From Octopus bimaculoides (taxonomy: Eukaryota), in the NCBI RefSeq assembly GCF_001194135.2, contig NC_068996.1, positions 50,591,420 through 50,655,419 of the forward strand: a DNA stretch of 64,000 bases, given 5' to 3'. A model generated the notes under the pieces. That model saw only the letters and a list, made by a program, of their open reading frames with translations. It was not told the origin of the DNA and ran no database searches. Within the stretch, counting starts at the first letter, position 1, and each line of letters opens with the position of its first letter. A program made the translations under genes and the position numbers. Shown here piece by piece: positions 39,855-51,294 of this stretch.

Positions 39855-40095
39855 AAATGCACCCTTTTAAAGCCTAGCCAGGATCATGGGTCCGGTTTCA
39901 AAGGCGTATGTGTTTCCTAGATGGATGGGACGCCAGTCCATCGCAGCGTTACTCATTTTTGCCAGCTGAGTGGACTGGAGCAACGTGAAATGAAGTGTTT
40001 TGCTCAAGAACACAACGCGTCACCCGATCCAGGAATCGAAACCACAATCTTACGATGATGATGCTGACACCCTAACCACTAAGCCACGCGCCACT
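39855..40095 (-). mobile_element. Third tRNA-derived SINE family
   Basis: Minus-strand head ggcgcgtggcttagtggttagggtg...ggtttcgattcct (A/B box-like) and ttgagcaaaacactt core. Confidence 0.65.
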
Positions 40096-40369
40096 TCGAT
40101 AAATGTTAGCCAGGCTCTCACTAGATTATGCTACCGTACTGTAATTCACAAGATATACTGGAGTGATCTCCCCTTGTTATCTTCACCTCATGACAGGAGG
40201 CTAGCAAAATTAATAATTTACACTATCATTATCTCACAATAATGAGATTTTGGGGTTGTTTAGCATCAATCAAATCCTGTTCTAGTATACCAAATAGTCA
40301 AAGACATTCTAGTTCAAATCACTTTTGCATTAGTACATCTTGCCTCTAAGACTTTCCAATTATTACTTC

Positions 40370-40568
40370 ACTCTTTTACTTGTTTCAGTCATTTGACTGC
40401 GGCCATGCTGGAGCACTGCCTTTAGTCGAGCAAATCGACCCCAGGACTTATTCTTTGGAAGCCGAGTGCTTATTCTTTCGGTCTCTTTTTGCCGAACCGC
40501 TAAGTTACTGAGACGTAAACACACCCGCATCGGTTGTCAAGCGATGTTGGGGGAGAAACAGAGGCACA

Positions 40569-40607
<39 letters not shown>

Positions 40608-40748
40608 GACAGGCTTCTTTCAGTTTCCATCTACCAAAGCCATCGAGGCTATAGTAGAAGACACTTTCCCAAGGTGCCACGCAGTGGGGCTGAACCTGGA
40701 ACCATGTGGTTGGTAAGTAAGCTACTTACCACACACCCACTCCTGTCT
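40370..40748 (-). mobile_element. Full-length CORE-type SINE, minus orientation
   Basis: Reverse complement of the 34978 family. Confidence 0.8.
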
Positions 40749-41489
40749 TTTCAAACATAGTTTATAACTGGTGTTATGAGTCTTGGATATATAAATAAAT
40801 GCGAATAACAAATCAGATTTTACTATGCATGCAAGAGCCAAACAGTATTTGCTGTGGCCAATTTTCTATGGCTGGATGCCTTTCCTCTCATATTACAACC
40901 CACAACAGAACATGTTTTCACAGAAGATTGGAGACAAATGACACCAAATGTCGCACTGCGTCAAAATAAGGTGACACAAACATGCTTGCGCGCGTGATCA
41001 CACGAGTGTAAATATCATCATTTATCCTCTATCTTTTACCTGCTTCAGCCATTAGACTGCACCCATGCTCGGACATGGCCTTGAGGAATTTTAGCGAACA
41101 AATTGATCACAGTACTTATTTAAAAAAAAAAAAACCTGGTACATATTCTATTGGTCTCTTGTTGGAGGACAAACACAGACAGACTCACACACACACGCAC
41201 GTATGCACGCACTCATGCATGTATGTATGTTTCATAGCTAGCAGAACTTTGAAAGTTGTGATTATTCAAACGAGGAGTAGACCACAAGCTACTCTTCAGG
41301 TCCAGGATACCTTCATTATATGAAGTTTGCATTGTTATTTGGAGATCCCGTGCTTTCTATGTATTTTGATAGAATCCTCTGCCAGTCTACCTTCGACTGG
41401 GGTCTGGGAAGCCCAGAGGCTGCACCAGGCCCCAATCTGATCTGGCAGTGTTTCTACAGCTGGATGCCCTTCCTAACGCCTCATTTTAT

Positions 41490-41960
41490 TTGCCGGGTCT
41501 TCTCAGTCACATCATACCTCCAGAGGTCTCAGTCTTTTGTCATTGCCTCTCTGAGGCCCAACGTTTGAAGGTCATGCTTCGCCACCTCATCCCATGTCTT
41601 CCTGGGTCTACCTCTACCTTGGATTCCTTCTACTGTTTGGAAGTGTCTCTTCTTCACACAGCTCTCCTCATCCATCCGCAGTACATGACCATACCAACGC
41701 AAACGTCTCTCTTGCACACCACATCTGATGCTTCTTGTGTCAAACATTTCTCTCAGGGTGCTTACGCTCTGTTGTGTGTGCATACTGACATTACACATCC
41801 AGTGAATCATACTAGCTTCATTTCTTTCAAGCCTATGCATGCCTTCAGCAGTCACGGCCCACGTTTCACTGCTGTGAAGCATGGCAGTTCGCACACATGC
41901 ATCATACAATCTACCTTTCACTCTGAGCGAGAGGTCCTTTGTCACCAGTAGGGTGACAAT
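41490..41960 (-). mobile_element. RTE LINE C-terminal fragment
   Basis: ORF 41529-42023: LRVKGRLYDACVRTAMLHSSETWAV...RRLRWYGHVLRM...GRGRPRKTW. Confidence 0.88.
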
Positions 41961-41974
41961 TTCTTGATGCGGGT

Positions 41975-42560
41975 TCTTTAGCTTCCAAATCCTTCTCCTC
42001 TGGATCAGTCTGCTTCTAGGCATCCTCTTGGTCTCGAGTCAAAAGTCACTAATGACTAGTCTATGCTAGGAGTGGAGGGTGCATTCCTCACCTGGGAGGG
42101 TTTTGTATTTAAGAGCAACACTGCGTCCCACTGTCTGGTGAGGATGAAATCAATCTGGCTTGCAGTCATCTGATTGATAGGTTATCAGGTGGCTGTCTGG
42201 CTTCCTGAACTTAGTGTTGCAGATTAAAAGGTTACATGCATCACAGAACTCCAGTAGCCTAGTTCCCTCATTGTTCTGGGAACCAATACCATGTACAGCA
42301 GTGAAGATACCGGATTTCCACCCAACATGCCCATTAAAATCTCTAGTCGCAAAGATGAAGTCATTGTCACTCGTTTTTGAGGTAGCCTGTAGAAGGGTAT
42401 CATAAAAATGGTCCTTCTGATCATTTGGCAGTCCCGCTTGTGAGGCGTAGGAGGAGATAATTCTAGCTCTGTTGTTCTGCAGGATTAGGGTCCTGGTAAG
42501 GTATAAAGGTAGAGTATTTCCAGAGAAACAGTCAACCTGAGTTCTGGACTATCAACAGAT
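41975..42560 (-). mobile_element. RTE LINE apurinic endonuclease (APE) fragment
   Basis: Minus strand IISSYASQAGLPNDQKDHFYDTLL...RDFNGHVG...NNEGTRLLEFCDACNLLICNTKF. Confidence 0.8.
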
Positions 42561-43289
42561 TGTTGGATTTCAGACTAATACTGAAATTCTGCAAGTGTAG
42601 AAAATCCTGGTTTCATGATGGTAAAACCATTGTATGGGTGCGTCAAGAGTATATATATATATGGATAAATTAAGAAATGGAGTCGTATGCAGGTGTTATT
42701 CAACCTGCGTTTACCTCCATTTCTTAATTTATCCATGTTATACAAAAACATTTCACTAAACCCTGGAATTTCTATCTTTATAAGTTGGCAATAATACTTG
42801 GCACTTATGTGAATTTTTGCTACCCTGGTTACTATTTTTTTTTTCTTTGTTATTTATACAAATTGAAAAAATACACATACATTTATATCATCATCATCAT
42901 CATCTTCGTCGTCATGTAATGTCCGCTTTCCATGCTGGCATAGTTTGGACGGTTTGACTGAGAGCTGGCAAGTTAGCCTTCAGTCATCAGGTTCCAGTCT
43001 GATCTGGCAAAATTTCTACAACTGGATGCCCTTCCTAATGCCAACCACCCCGAGAGTGTAGTTGGTGCTTTTTTATGTGTCACTGGCATAGGAGCCAGTC
43101 AGGTGGCACTGGCAACGATCCCGCTTGAATGGTGTTTTTTTCATGCCACCAGCATAGGAACCAGCCAGATGACACTGGCAACAATCATGCTCAAATGGTG
43201 CTTTTTATGTGCCACCAGCACTGGCAATGATCATGCTCAAATGGTACTTTTAACATGCCACTAGCACAGGTGCCAATCAGGCCGTGACA

Positions 43290-44010
43290 ACGATTTCACT
43301 TGCCTCAACAGGTCTTCGCAAGTGCAGTTTATTGCCCAATGATTGAAGGGTACTCTTAAATGGGCTGGTTATGCTGCACTGGTATAGGCCATGGTTACGG
43401 TCTCACTTGGCTTGCCAGGCCTTCTCAAGCACAGCATATCTCCAAAGGTCTTGGTCACTTGTCATTGCCTCGGTGAGGCCCAATGTTCGAAGGTTGTACT
43501 TCACCACCTCATCCCAGGTCTTCCTGGGTATACCTCTTCCACAGGTTCCCTCTATTGCTAGAGTGTGACACTTTTTCGCACAGCTATCCTCATCCATTCA
43601 CAATACATGACCATACCAGCACAGTCATCTCTCTTGCACACCACATCTGATGCTTCTTAAGTCCAACTTTTCTCTCAGGGCGCTTACACTCTATTGTGTA
43701 TGCACACTGACATTACACATCCAGCGGAGCATACTGGCTTCATTCCTTGCAAGATTAAGCATGTTCTCAGCAGTCACGGCCCATGTTTCACTGCCATGTA
43801 GCATAGCTGTTCGTACACATGCATCATACAGTCTAACTTTTACTCTGGGTGAGAGGCCTTTTTTCACCAGCAGAGGTAGGAGCTCTCTGAACTTTACTCT
43901 GGTTATTCTTATTCTAGCAGTTACACTTTCAGAGCATCCACCCCTGCTACTGACTTGGTCATCTTGGTAATGGAAGCTATCTACTACTTGTAGTTTTTCC
44001 CCCTAGAACG
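43290..44010 (-). mobile_element. RTE LINE 3' fragment
   Basis: GTCGRGIPRKTWDEVVKYNLRTLGLTEAMTSDQDLWRYAVLEK. Confidence 0.85.
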
Positions 44011-44044
44011 GAAGCTGTTTTATATATATTATATATGAATATAT

Positions 44045-44280
44045 ATACAAGTAAGCACATAAATGCAAAACAAGGTGGGAAAAAATACTCAAATACTGGA
44101 GGTAGAGTAATATGCTTTTATTAAAGCTGCAAAAAGCATCACAAACTGTTACTCAGAGTTTCACATTACTGTTCATCAGACAGTTTAGATTGATCACAAC
44201 AGTCCAACAAAGAGTAATAGGAAATTCTGAGTAACACTATGTGAAGGGCTTTGCAGTTTTAATAAAAGTATATATATAAT
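44045..44280. mobile_element. Penelope-like pseudo-LTR with an inverted partial copy
   Basis: 44221-44270 is an inverted partial duplicate of 44115-44162; contains a hammerhead core. Confidence 0.55.
44143..44186 (-). ncRNA. Type I hammerhead ribozyme, fully paired
   Basis: Minus strand AAACUGU-CUGAUGA-ACA(GUAA)UGU-GAAA-CU(CUG)AGUA-ACAGUUU: 7-bp stem I, 3-bp stem II, short stem III, GUA cleavage triplet (cut between 44150 and 44149). Confidence 0.8.
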
Positions 44281-45157
44281 AAATGAAAAAAATGTAGGGT
44301 AAATAAACAAATGGTATAGCATATACTAAGTGTACAACCAGATTGGAGACAAACACAAGTGTACAACTAGATGGGAGACAAACATCAGTTATCAACCAAT
44401 TAGTAATACTCAGTTTAGTCTGATTTTCATGTTTTATTATTTGCAATTTTTACAATTTTACAATTTTACAATATTGAAATAAACTAATACTTTCAGGTGT
44501 TTAAGCAATCATCAGGTTCCATAATTGACAACTTTAGTGAAATGGTTGGATTTATCCTTCAAATAAGGGGTCGGTGAACAGGAGTAAATTGCCCCAGGTG
44601 GGGTAAAAAGGAAATCCTTTGGGGTAATGAGGACTCATTAGACATAAGTAAAATTATATAAAAACATGTTCCTTGTTATGACAGAAATTTTCCTTCTGGC
44701 AGCAATGGATGTGTTCAGGAAATGTCATGCCATTCTGAACTAAGGCATTAGTCAAGTGACTAAACAGGTATTATTTGTCAGTTGTCTTTTATCCACCTTA
44801 ACCGTATTTTTTGATGTTTTTGCTTTGTTTAAGTAGATTTAAGTAGTTATTTAATTCAACTCTTTAACAAATTTGAATGGACCCTGAAGACTGTATCTAA
44901 ATTTCTCTGGCATCGAAATGCCCCAATTTTGATGTAATTGTAACAGAAATGAAACATCATTTTTCCAAAACCTGAAGGGAAAAAGTTTCTAGAAAAATCC
45001 TTTTGTTTCCTAATGAGGATATTAATTTATTTTGTTGCATTTGTTTTATACTTTTATATTTAGTATTGTATTCTCTATATAAATAGATTCAATCAAACTT
45101 TTGAATTCAAAGAATCTATGATTTTCTTCCTTTCAAATCAAGGGAGTAACATTGGCA

Positions 45158-45969
45158 GGATCTTTCTGATTTGGCAGGCGCCACTTGTTTTCTTAATAAA
45201 ACACTTTCAAACTTGGGACACTGGTAGAATGTACCATATAAAACATATTTTACTCTTAGTGTTATTGAGAAAATTTTATCTTTTTAAAGTTATTTCGTGT
45301 TAAAATTGTTGTATTTCGGTAATTTCAACCAATCACTGACGTCTATTGAGGTGAAAACAATTACTGCTGTGGAATGTAAACAACACCTTCTAGTGGTGTA
45401 ATGGGATCTTTTCCCTTGAATAAAATTAGTGCCGTTGTTTGTCAACAAAAACTATCAGCACTCATAACCNNNNNNNNNNNNNNNNNNNNNNNNNNNNNNN
45501 NNNNNNNNNNNNNNNNNNNNNNNNNNNNCTAACCCTAAAACCCTAACCCTAACCCTAACCCTAACCCTAACTCTAAAACCCGAACCCTAACTCTAAAACC
45601 CGAACCCTAACCCTAAAACCCTAAAGCTAAAACCAGTACAAACGCACGAACGATGTCATAAATAACAGTACCACCAATAGTTGTTGACAAACAATGGCAT
45701 TAATTTTATTCCAAGGAAAAGATCCCATTACACCGCTAGAACATGTTGCTTACATTCCATAGCAGTAATTGTTTTCACCTCAATAGACGTCAGTGATTGG
45801 TTGAAATTACCGAAATACGACAACTTTTAACATGAAATAACTTCGAATATAATAATTTTTCTGTTCTATAAGACAAAATATACAAGTATACAAAGTTTTA
45901 AAGTGTTTCGGTAGAAAACACTAAATAAAACATAAATAAAAAGTGGCGCCTGCCAAATCAGAAAGATCC
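45158..45969. mobile_element. Non-autonomous Merlin-like inverted-repeat element with a central telomeric (CCCTAA)n tract
   Basis: TIR ggatctttctgatttggcaggcgccactt at both ends; perfect 8-bp TSD cattggca (45150-45157, 45970-45977); inner arms ~45287-45448 / 45681-45843. Confidence 0.8.
45464..45632. repeat. Interstitial degenerate telomeric repeat (CCCTAA)n spanning a small gap
   Basis: ccctaaccctaaccctaacc with taaaacc, ctctaa and ccgaa variants. Confidence 0.85.
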
Positions 45970-47269
45970 CATTGGCATAAATAAATATATTTTGGGGTAA
46001 TTGGTTCAAAAGTTCCCTGACCCCTGCTTTAAATACCCTCCAATGGCCTCAAGCAGGCTAAATCTTACAAACTATATTTTGACCAATCAGCATGTGGCTT
46101 AGATGTCGTGATTTGGTGAGCATACCAACTAAGTTCTCATTGTATTTCAACCAATAAGTATGTGGCTAAGACATCACAGTTTGGTGAGCATGTCAAGGAT
46201 TCTCTACTTTGATCACACTTAAAGGAATAATTGTTTGGCTGTATTTTGGAATGTTGTAAACAACATTCCTGTTTTCATTGAATTCTATTGTTACCCCAGA
46301 AATTTTTAGATTTTAATCAATTCAATGTTCATTTGGTCAACTCTACTATCATCTTCCCATCACATTTATTGTTGTTGTTGTTGTGGTGGGGGTAACAGTA
46401 GTAATAGCAGTAGTATTTATTTTTAATATCACCATCATTGTTATAATTAGCACCGTTACTATAACTGTCCATTCAGAACAGGTTTGAATTTATCAATAAA
46501 ATTATTTCCTCTTACTTTACTCTCAATTTCACTTGAGTTGTGTAGTTTGTACAGTGGGAATATTACATACTTTTTCTGACCCCATGTTGCCAGATGGTTG
46601 CTTAAAGGTATCTGACAGACATCAAGGTCCTTAATTTTATATATATATATACATATATNNNNNNNNNNNNNNNNNNNNNNNNNNNNNNNNNNNNNNNNNN
46701 NNNNNNNNNNNNNNNNNNNNNNNNNNNNNNNNNNNNNNNNNNNNNNNNNNNNNNNNNNNNNNNNNNNNNNNNNNNNNNNNNNNNNNNNNNNNNNNNNNNN
46801 NNNNNNNNNNNNNNNNNNNNNNNNNNNNNNNNNNNNNNNNNNNNNNNNNNNNNNNNNNNNNNNNNNNNNNNNNNNNNNNNNNNNNNNNNNNNNNNNNNNN
46901 NNNNNNNNNNNNNNNNNNNNNNNNNNNNNNNNNNNNNNNNNNNNNNNNNNNNNNNNNNNNNNNNNNNNNNNNNNNNNNNNNNNNNNNNNNNNNNNNNNNN
47001 NNNNNNNNNNNNNNNNNNNNNNNNNNNNNNNNNNNNNNNNNNNNNNNNNNNNNNNNNNNNNNNNNNNNNNNNNNNNNNNNNNNNNNNNNNNNNNNNNNNN
47101 NNNNNNNNNNNNNNNNNNNNNNNNNNNNNNNNNNNNNNNNNNNNNNNNNNNNNNNNNNNNNNNNNNNNNNNNNNNNNNNNNNNNNNNNTGTTGGCGTGGG
47201 CTCCCACCCTGGCATCCAAAACTCGGAGTTTTATCATGGCTACTGAATAAGTGTCACATATTTTTACAG

Positions 47270-47300
<31 letters not shown>

Positions 47301-47954
47301 CCACCTGCACGGGAGCCAGTGCAGGGGGCACGTAAAAAACACCTTTTTGAGCGTGGCCATTGCCAGTACTGTGTGACTGGCCCTCGTACCAGTGGCGCGT
47401 AAAAGCACCCACTACACTCTCGGAGTGGTTGGCGTTAGGAAGGGCATCCAGCTGTAAAAAATTTTTTTATAAAATTTCACTTTCTTAAAATATTTTTATT
47501 GTAAAGAAAGAACAATATTCCAGAGGATATTGACTGCTGGGGGTTTTGGTCTAGTGGGGGATTTTGTTCAGGAGAGATCTTGTCCTAGTACCTATATAAA
47601 CACATACATATGTAGAAGGCACTTGCCCAAGGTACCACACAGTGGGACTCAATTTGGAAACATGATGAGCTTCCACACAGTTTCCATCTACCAAAATCAA
47701 TAACAAAGAATTGGTCAACCTAGGGCTAGAGTAGAAGATACTTACCACAGTGCTGCATAGTGGGGCTGAACCCAAAACCATGTTGTGAGAAAGCAAACTC
47801 CTTAACTGCACAGCTATACCTGCATGCTCTGACTTATGTACCAGGAGTCAACTCTGACATATTGTATATATGTATATTTATATATATATACATATATATA
47901 TGTATACTTATATATATATATATATTTACACACACACACACACTTGCACACACA

Positions 47955-49250
47955 AAAGGGGCATTTACTAAAGATTTTCCCTGACCCACTTCCCAAAGAC
48001 TGGGATAAATGAAACTTGGCATAATTATTAGTCCTTCTTTACATAACCACCACCAATGGTGACACACCTCTCTCATTGCTTTGTGCAGCTGTGAAGACCT
48101 CATCTGTAGAAGTCGGTAGGTTGTGTCTGGAGCCAAGACTTTACCTTGGAAATAAGTTCGCCATCATCCAAAAAATGCTTCCCCTTCAAAAAAAGACTTC
48201 ATGGTTGGAAAGAGGTGGAAGTCAGATGGCGCGAGGTCAGGAGAGTAAGGGGGATGAGGAAGGATTTCATAGCTGCAGGAGTGTGCTTTCATCTGGGCAA
48301 TATGCACATTGTGAACTGGGGCATTGTCTCGGACGAGGCAGACTCCTTTGATCAGCATGCCACACCTCTCTGCTTTGATGGCATCCTGCAATTTCTGCAG
48401 CTGAGAAGCATAATATTAATTGTGGTGCCCTTTGCCAGAAAATCCATCATCACTACTCCACGCTGGTCCCAAAAAACTGTGAGTATCACTTTGCCTGCTG
48501 AAGGTTGGACAGGAGCCTTCTGTGGAGGTAGTAAGTTATCATGCTTTCTTTGCTTTGACTGGACTTTAGTTTCAGAACCATAGTGATGGACCCACATTTT
48601 ATCTTGTGTGATAAGTCTGTTGAAAAATTCCTCCTCATTTTCTTGGCACATTGTCAAAAGAACCTAGGACCAATTGACTCGTTCCTGCTTTTGAAAAGGT
48701 GTGAGCGTCTGGGGAATCCATCGTGCAGACAATTTCCCCATTTGCTAATGGTTGTGAATGGTTTTTTTCCACAGACCCTACACTTATCTTCACTTCTTGG
48801 GCTAGTTGCTAAATAGTTATGCGGTGATCCTCTAAAATGGCAGCTTCCACTTTATGGATGGTGTCGTCATCAATATTGGAATGTGGTTATCCAGAAATAA
48901 GAGCAGTCTCCACCGATGTCCAACCACATTTGAACTGTCGATGCTAGTGCTTGACTCCATCGTATGATGGTGCATTATCACCATAAACTTCTTTCATTTC
49001 ATTAAAAGTCTCTTTTGGTGTACAACCTTTCAAGTATAAGAATCTGATCACTAATCTGCATTCAACTGCCTCCATTATAACACCTTAGTCCACTTCAGCA
49101 TCCGTAAAAGACAAACAAATAATGGACAGGTCAATTTACAATATGACATATAGAAACATGTATGATTATACTTGTATAATTTCTGTTTCCTGCAATAACT
49201 GATAATGTGTGTATATTGTAAAAAAAAACTTCATTAAACTTTTATGCAAC
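47955..49250 (-). mobile_element. Degenerate mariner transposon (irritans/Hsmar2-like)
   Basis: LITQDKMWVHHY, SAGKVILTVFWD, DNAPVH and HPPYSPDLAPSDFHLF motifs; C-terminus RCVTIGGGYVKK; frameshifted. Confidence 0.85.
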
Positions 49251-49559
49251 CAATCATCAAATGAAAGTTAACTTTTTGAAAATAAAAACAAGGGCAAACA
49301 AGTATGTAAATAAATAAATAAATCTTTTATAGGGAAAATGGGTAAAAGAGAGTTTATGTGAGAAAAGGAAGGAGTGAAGAACTAAAAAGAGTGAAGTTTG
49401 TCTGGGGAGGCATGAAAGCTATGAAGGTTTTAAATAGTGTTTACACAATACTGATGAACATTAGTCAATTCATAACTTAAGTTTGGAAAATATTTAGTAA
49501 GCAAGGCTGAGCTGGAGATGTAGGTGGAAAGCACGTGCCAGAATTTCTGGCATACAAGT

Positions 49560-49900
49560 TGAATTTCTCAAACCAAAGTTTAATGCCAAAAGAAATAGAT
49601 CCTTTTATAAACCAAGTCAACTACAGAGGACCAAAAATTCCATGTAAAATGCAGCAGGATTTGATAAAATAGTAACAATATTTGAATTTGTACACTATAT
49701 ATGACATCAAATTGTATGCTAGGAAATATGATATAAGAAATTAGACAGAAAAATGCTTTAGTGTGGTGAGCAAGGAATAATATAGTCATTGTGTTGGGTG
49801 ACATAAAAATACAATTAATATACAGGCACAAAGGAACTGGTCAAAATTAACAGACAAAACATGGTTTGAAATAGCAGGAAAGCATATTAAAAAATGGACA
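49560..49900 (+). mobile_element. Highly decayed LINE reverse transcriptase fragment
   Basis: tacactatatatgacatcaaattgtatgct resembles the LYMDDIKLYA motif. Confidence 0.4.
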
Positions 49901-49989
49901 GAAATGAAGAATTGAAAAATGGAGTAACTTTTATAGTTTATCTTTGATATTTAGGTACTATTTTGTCCACCTTGTTTTGCACTTATATA

Positions 49990-50038
<49 letters not shown>

Positions 50039-50843
50039 CCCACACACATAAATAATGCATAAATAGATATATGCATAATACTTTGGATTGCATTACATTA
50101 CATAATTATCAGTAGTTTGTATATCCCAAAAAGAACCTCACCCTAAAACATTAAAGTAATAATATATTTTTTTAGGGAGTTAAAAGTTACAGCCAATCAC
50201 TGTTAAGTGCTTTATAGATGTGAAACCAACGGCCACTCTATGACCAGCCATAACTTTTAACTTCATCATAGTCGTCATCGTCGTTTAACGTTCACTTTCC
50301 ATGCTAGCATGGGTTGGACGATTTGACTGAGGACTGGTGAAACCAGATGGCTACACCAGGCTCCAATCTGATTTGGCAGAGTTTCTACAGCTGGATGCCC
50401 TTCCTAACGCCAACCACTCCAAGAGTGTAGTGGGTGCTTTTTACGTGCCACTGGCACGAAGGCCATTCAGGTGGTACTGGCAACGGCCATGCTCAAAATG
50501 GTGTATTTTATGTGCCACCCGCACAAGAGCCAGTCCAGGGGCACTGGCAATGATCTCGCTTGAAAGTCCTTACACGCCGCGGGCACAAGTGCCAGAAAGG
50601 CGATGCTGGGCACAGGTGCCATCACAATTTCGCTTTCGCTTTCCCCAATAAGTCTTTGCAAGCTGAGTTTCGTGTCCAATGAAGGAGACGATATTGGCAT
50701 GGGTGCCAGTCATCGAATTTAACTCGAATTCGATTTCACTTGCCTTAACAGGTCTTCGCAAGTAGAGTTTAGTGTCCTAAATATATATATATATCTAGCA
50801 ATATTAAATCTCTGAGCAAGAAGTAAACAGTAGCAGTATGAAA

Positions 50844-51262
50844 TCATAAAATATAATTGCCAACTAGATGTGGCAGTCCTATAGAGGATGATGCTACTGT
50901 TGTTTTTAACCCCAGGAGGGCATCTCTTTCACTTCTCAAAGATTTAATATTGCTTATTTCTCCTTTTTTGAGATCAGGAACTGTTTGTCACTGGAAAAAG
51001 CATAAAGTATTTTTCATGTGGAAAGAGTTGTCATCACTACCTCGTGATTATCATGCACTGATGATGGGTTACTTTCCAGAAACCTGAGTCCATGTGTATC
51101 ACATAAGGCTAGAGATGGGAACAATGATTTCCCCTCATGAATACTAATCAGACACAGACAGTGTGTCATTAGCCAGCTGAAGATGTCCTCCTGGGGCTAA
51201 AATCAACAGTAACATTGTCCTCTATGGGACCGCCACATCTAGTTGGCAATTATATTTTATGA
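50844..51262. mobile_element. ~85-bp inverted-repeat element enclosing a degenerate hammerhead core
   Basis: tcataaaatataattgccaactagatgtggc...ccccaggagg.catct at both ends in inverted orientation; CTGATGA/GAAAC/GTC core at 51058-51090. Confidence 0.65.
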
Positions 51263-51294
51263 GATATATATATATATATATATANNNNNNNNNN

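Noticed and set aside
45529-45632. Possible chromosome end
   Set aside because: The telomeric repeat is internal, degenerate and enclosed by TIRs and a TSD.
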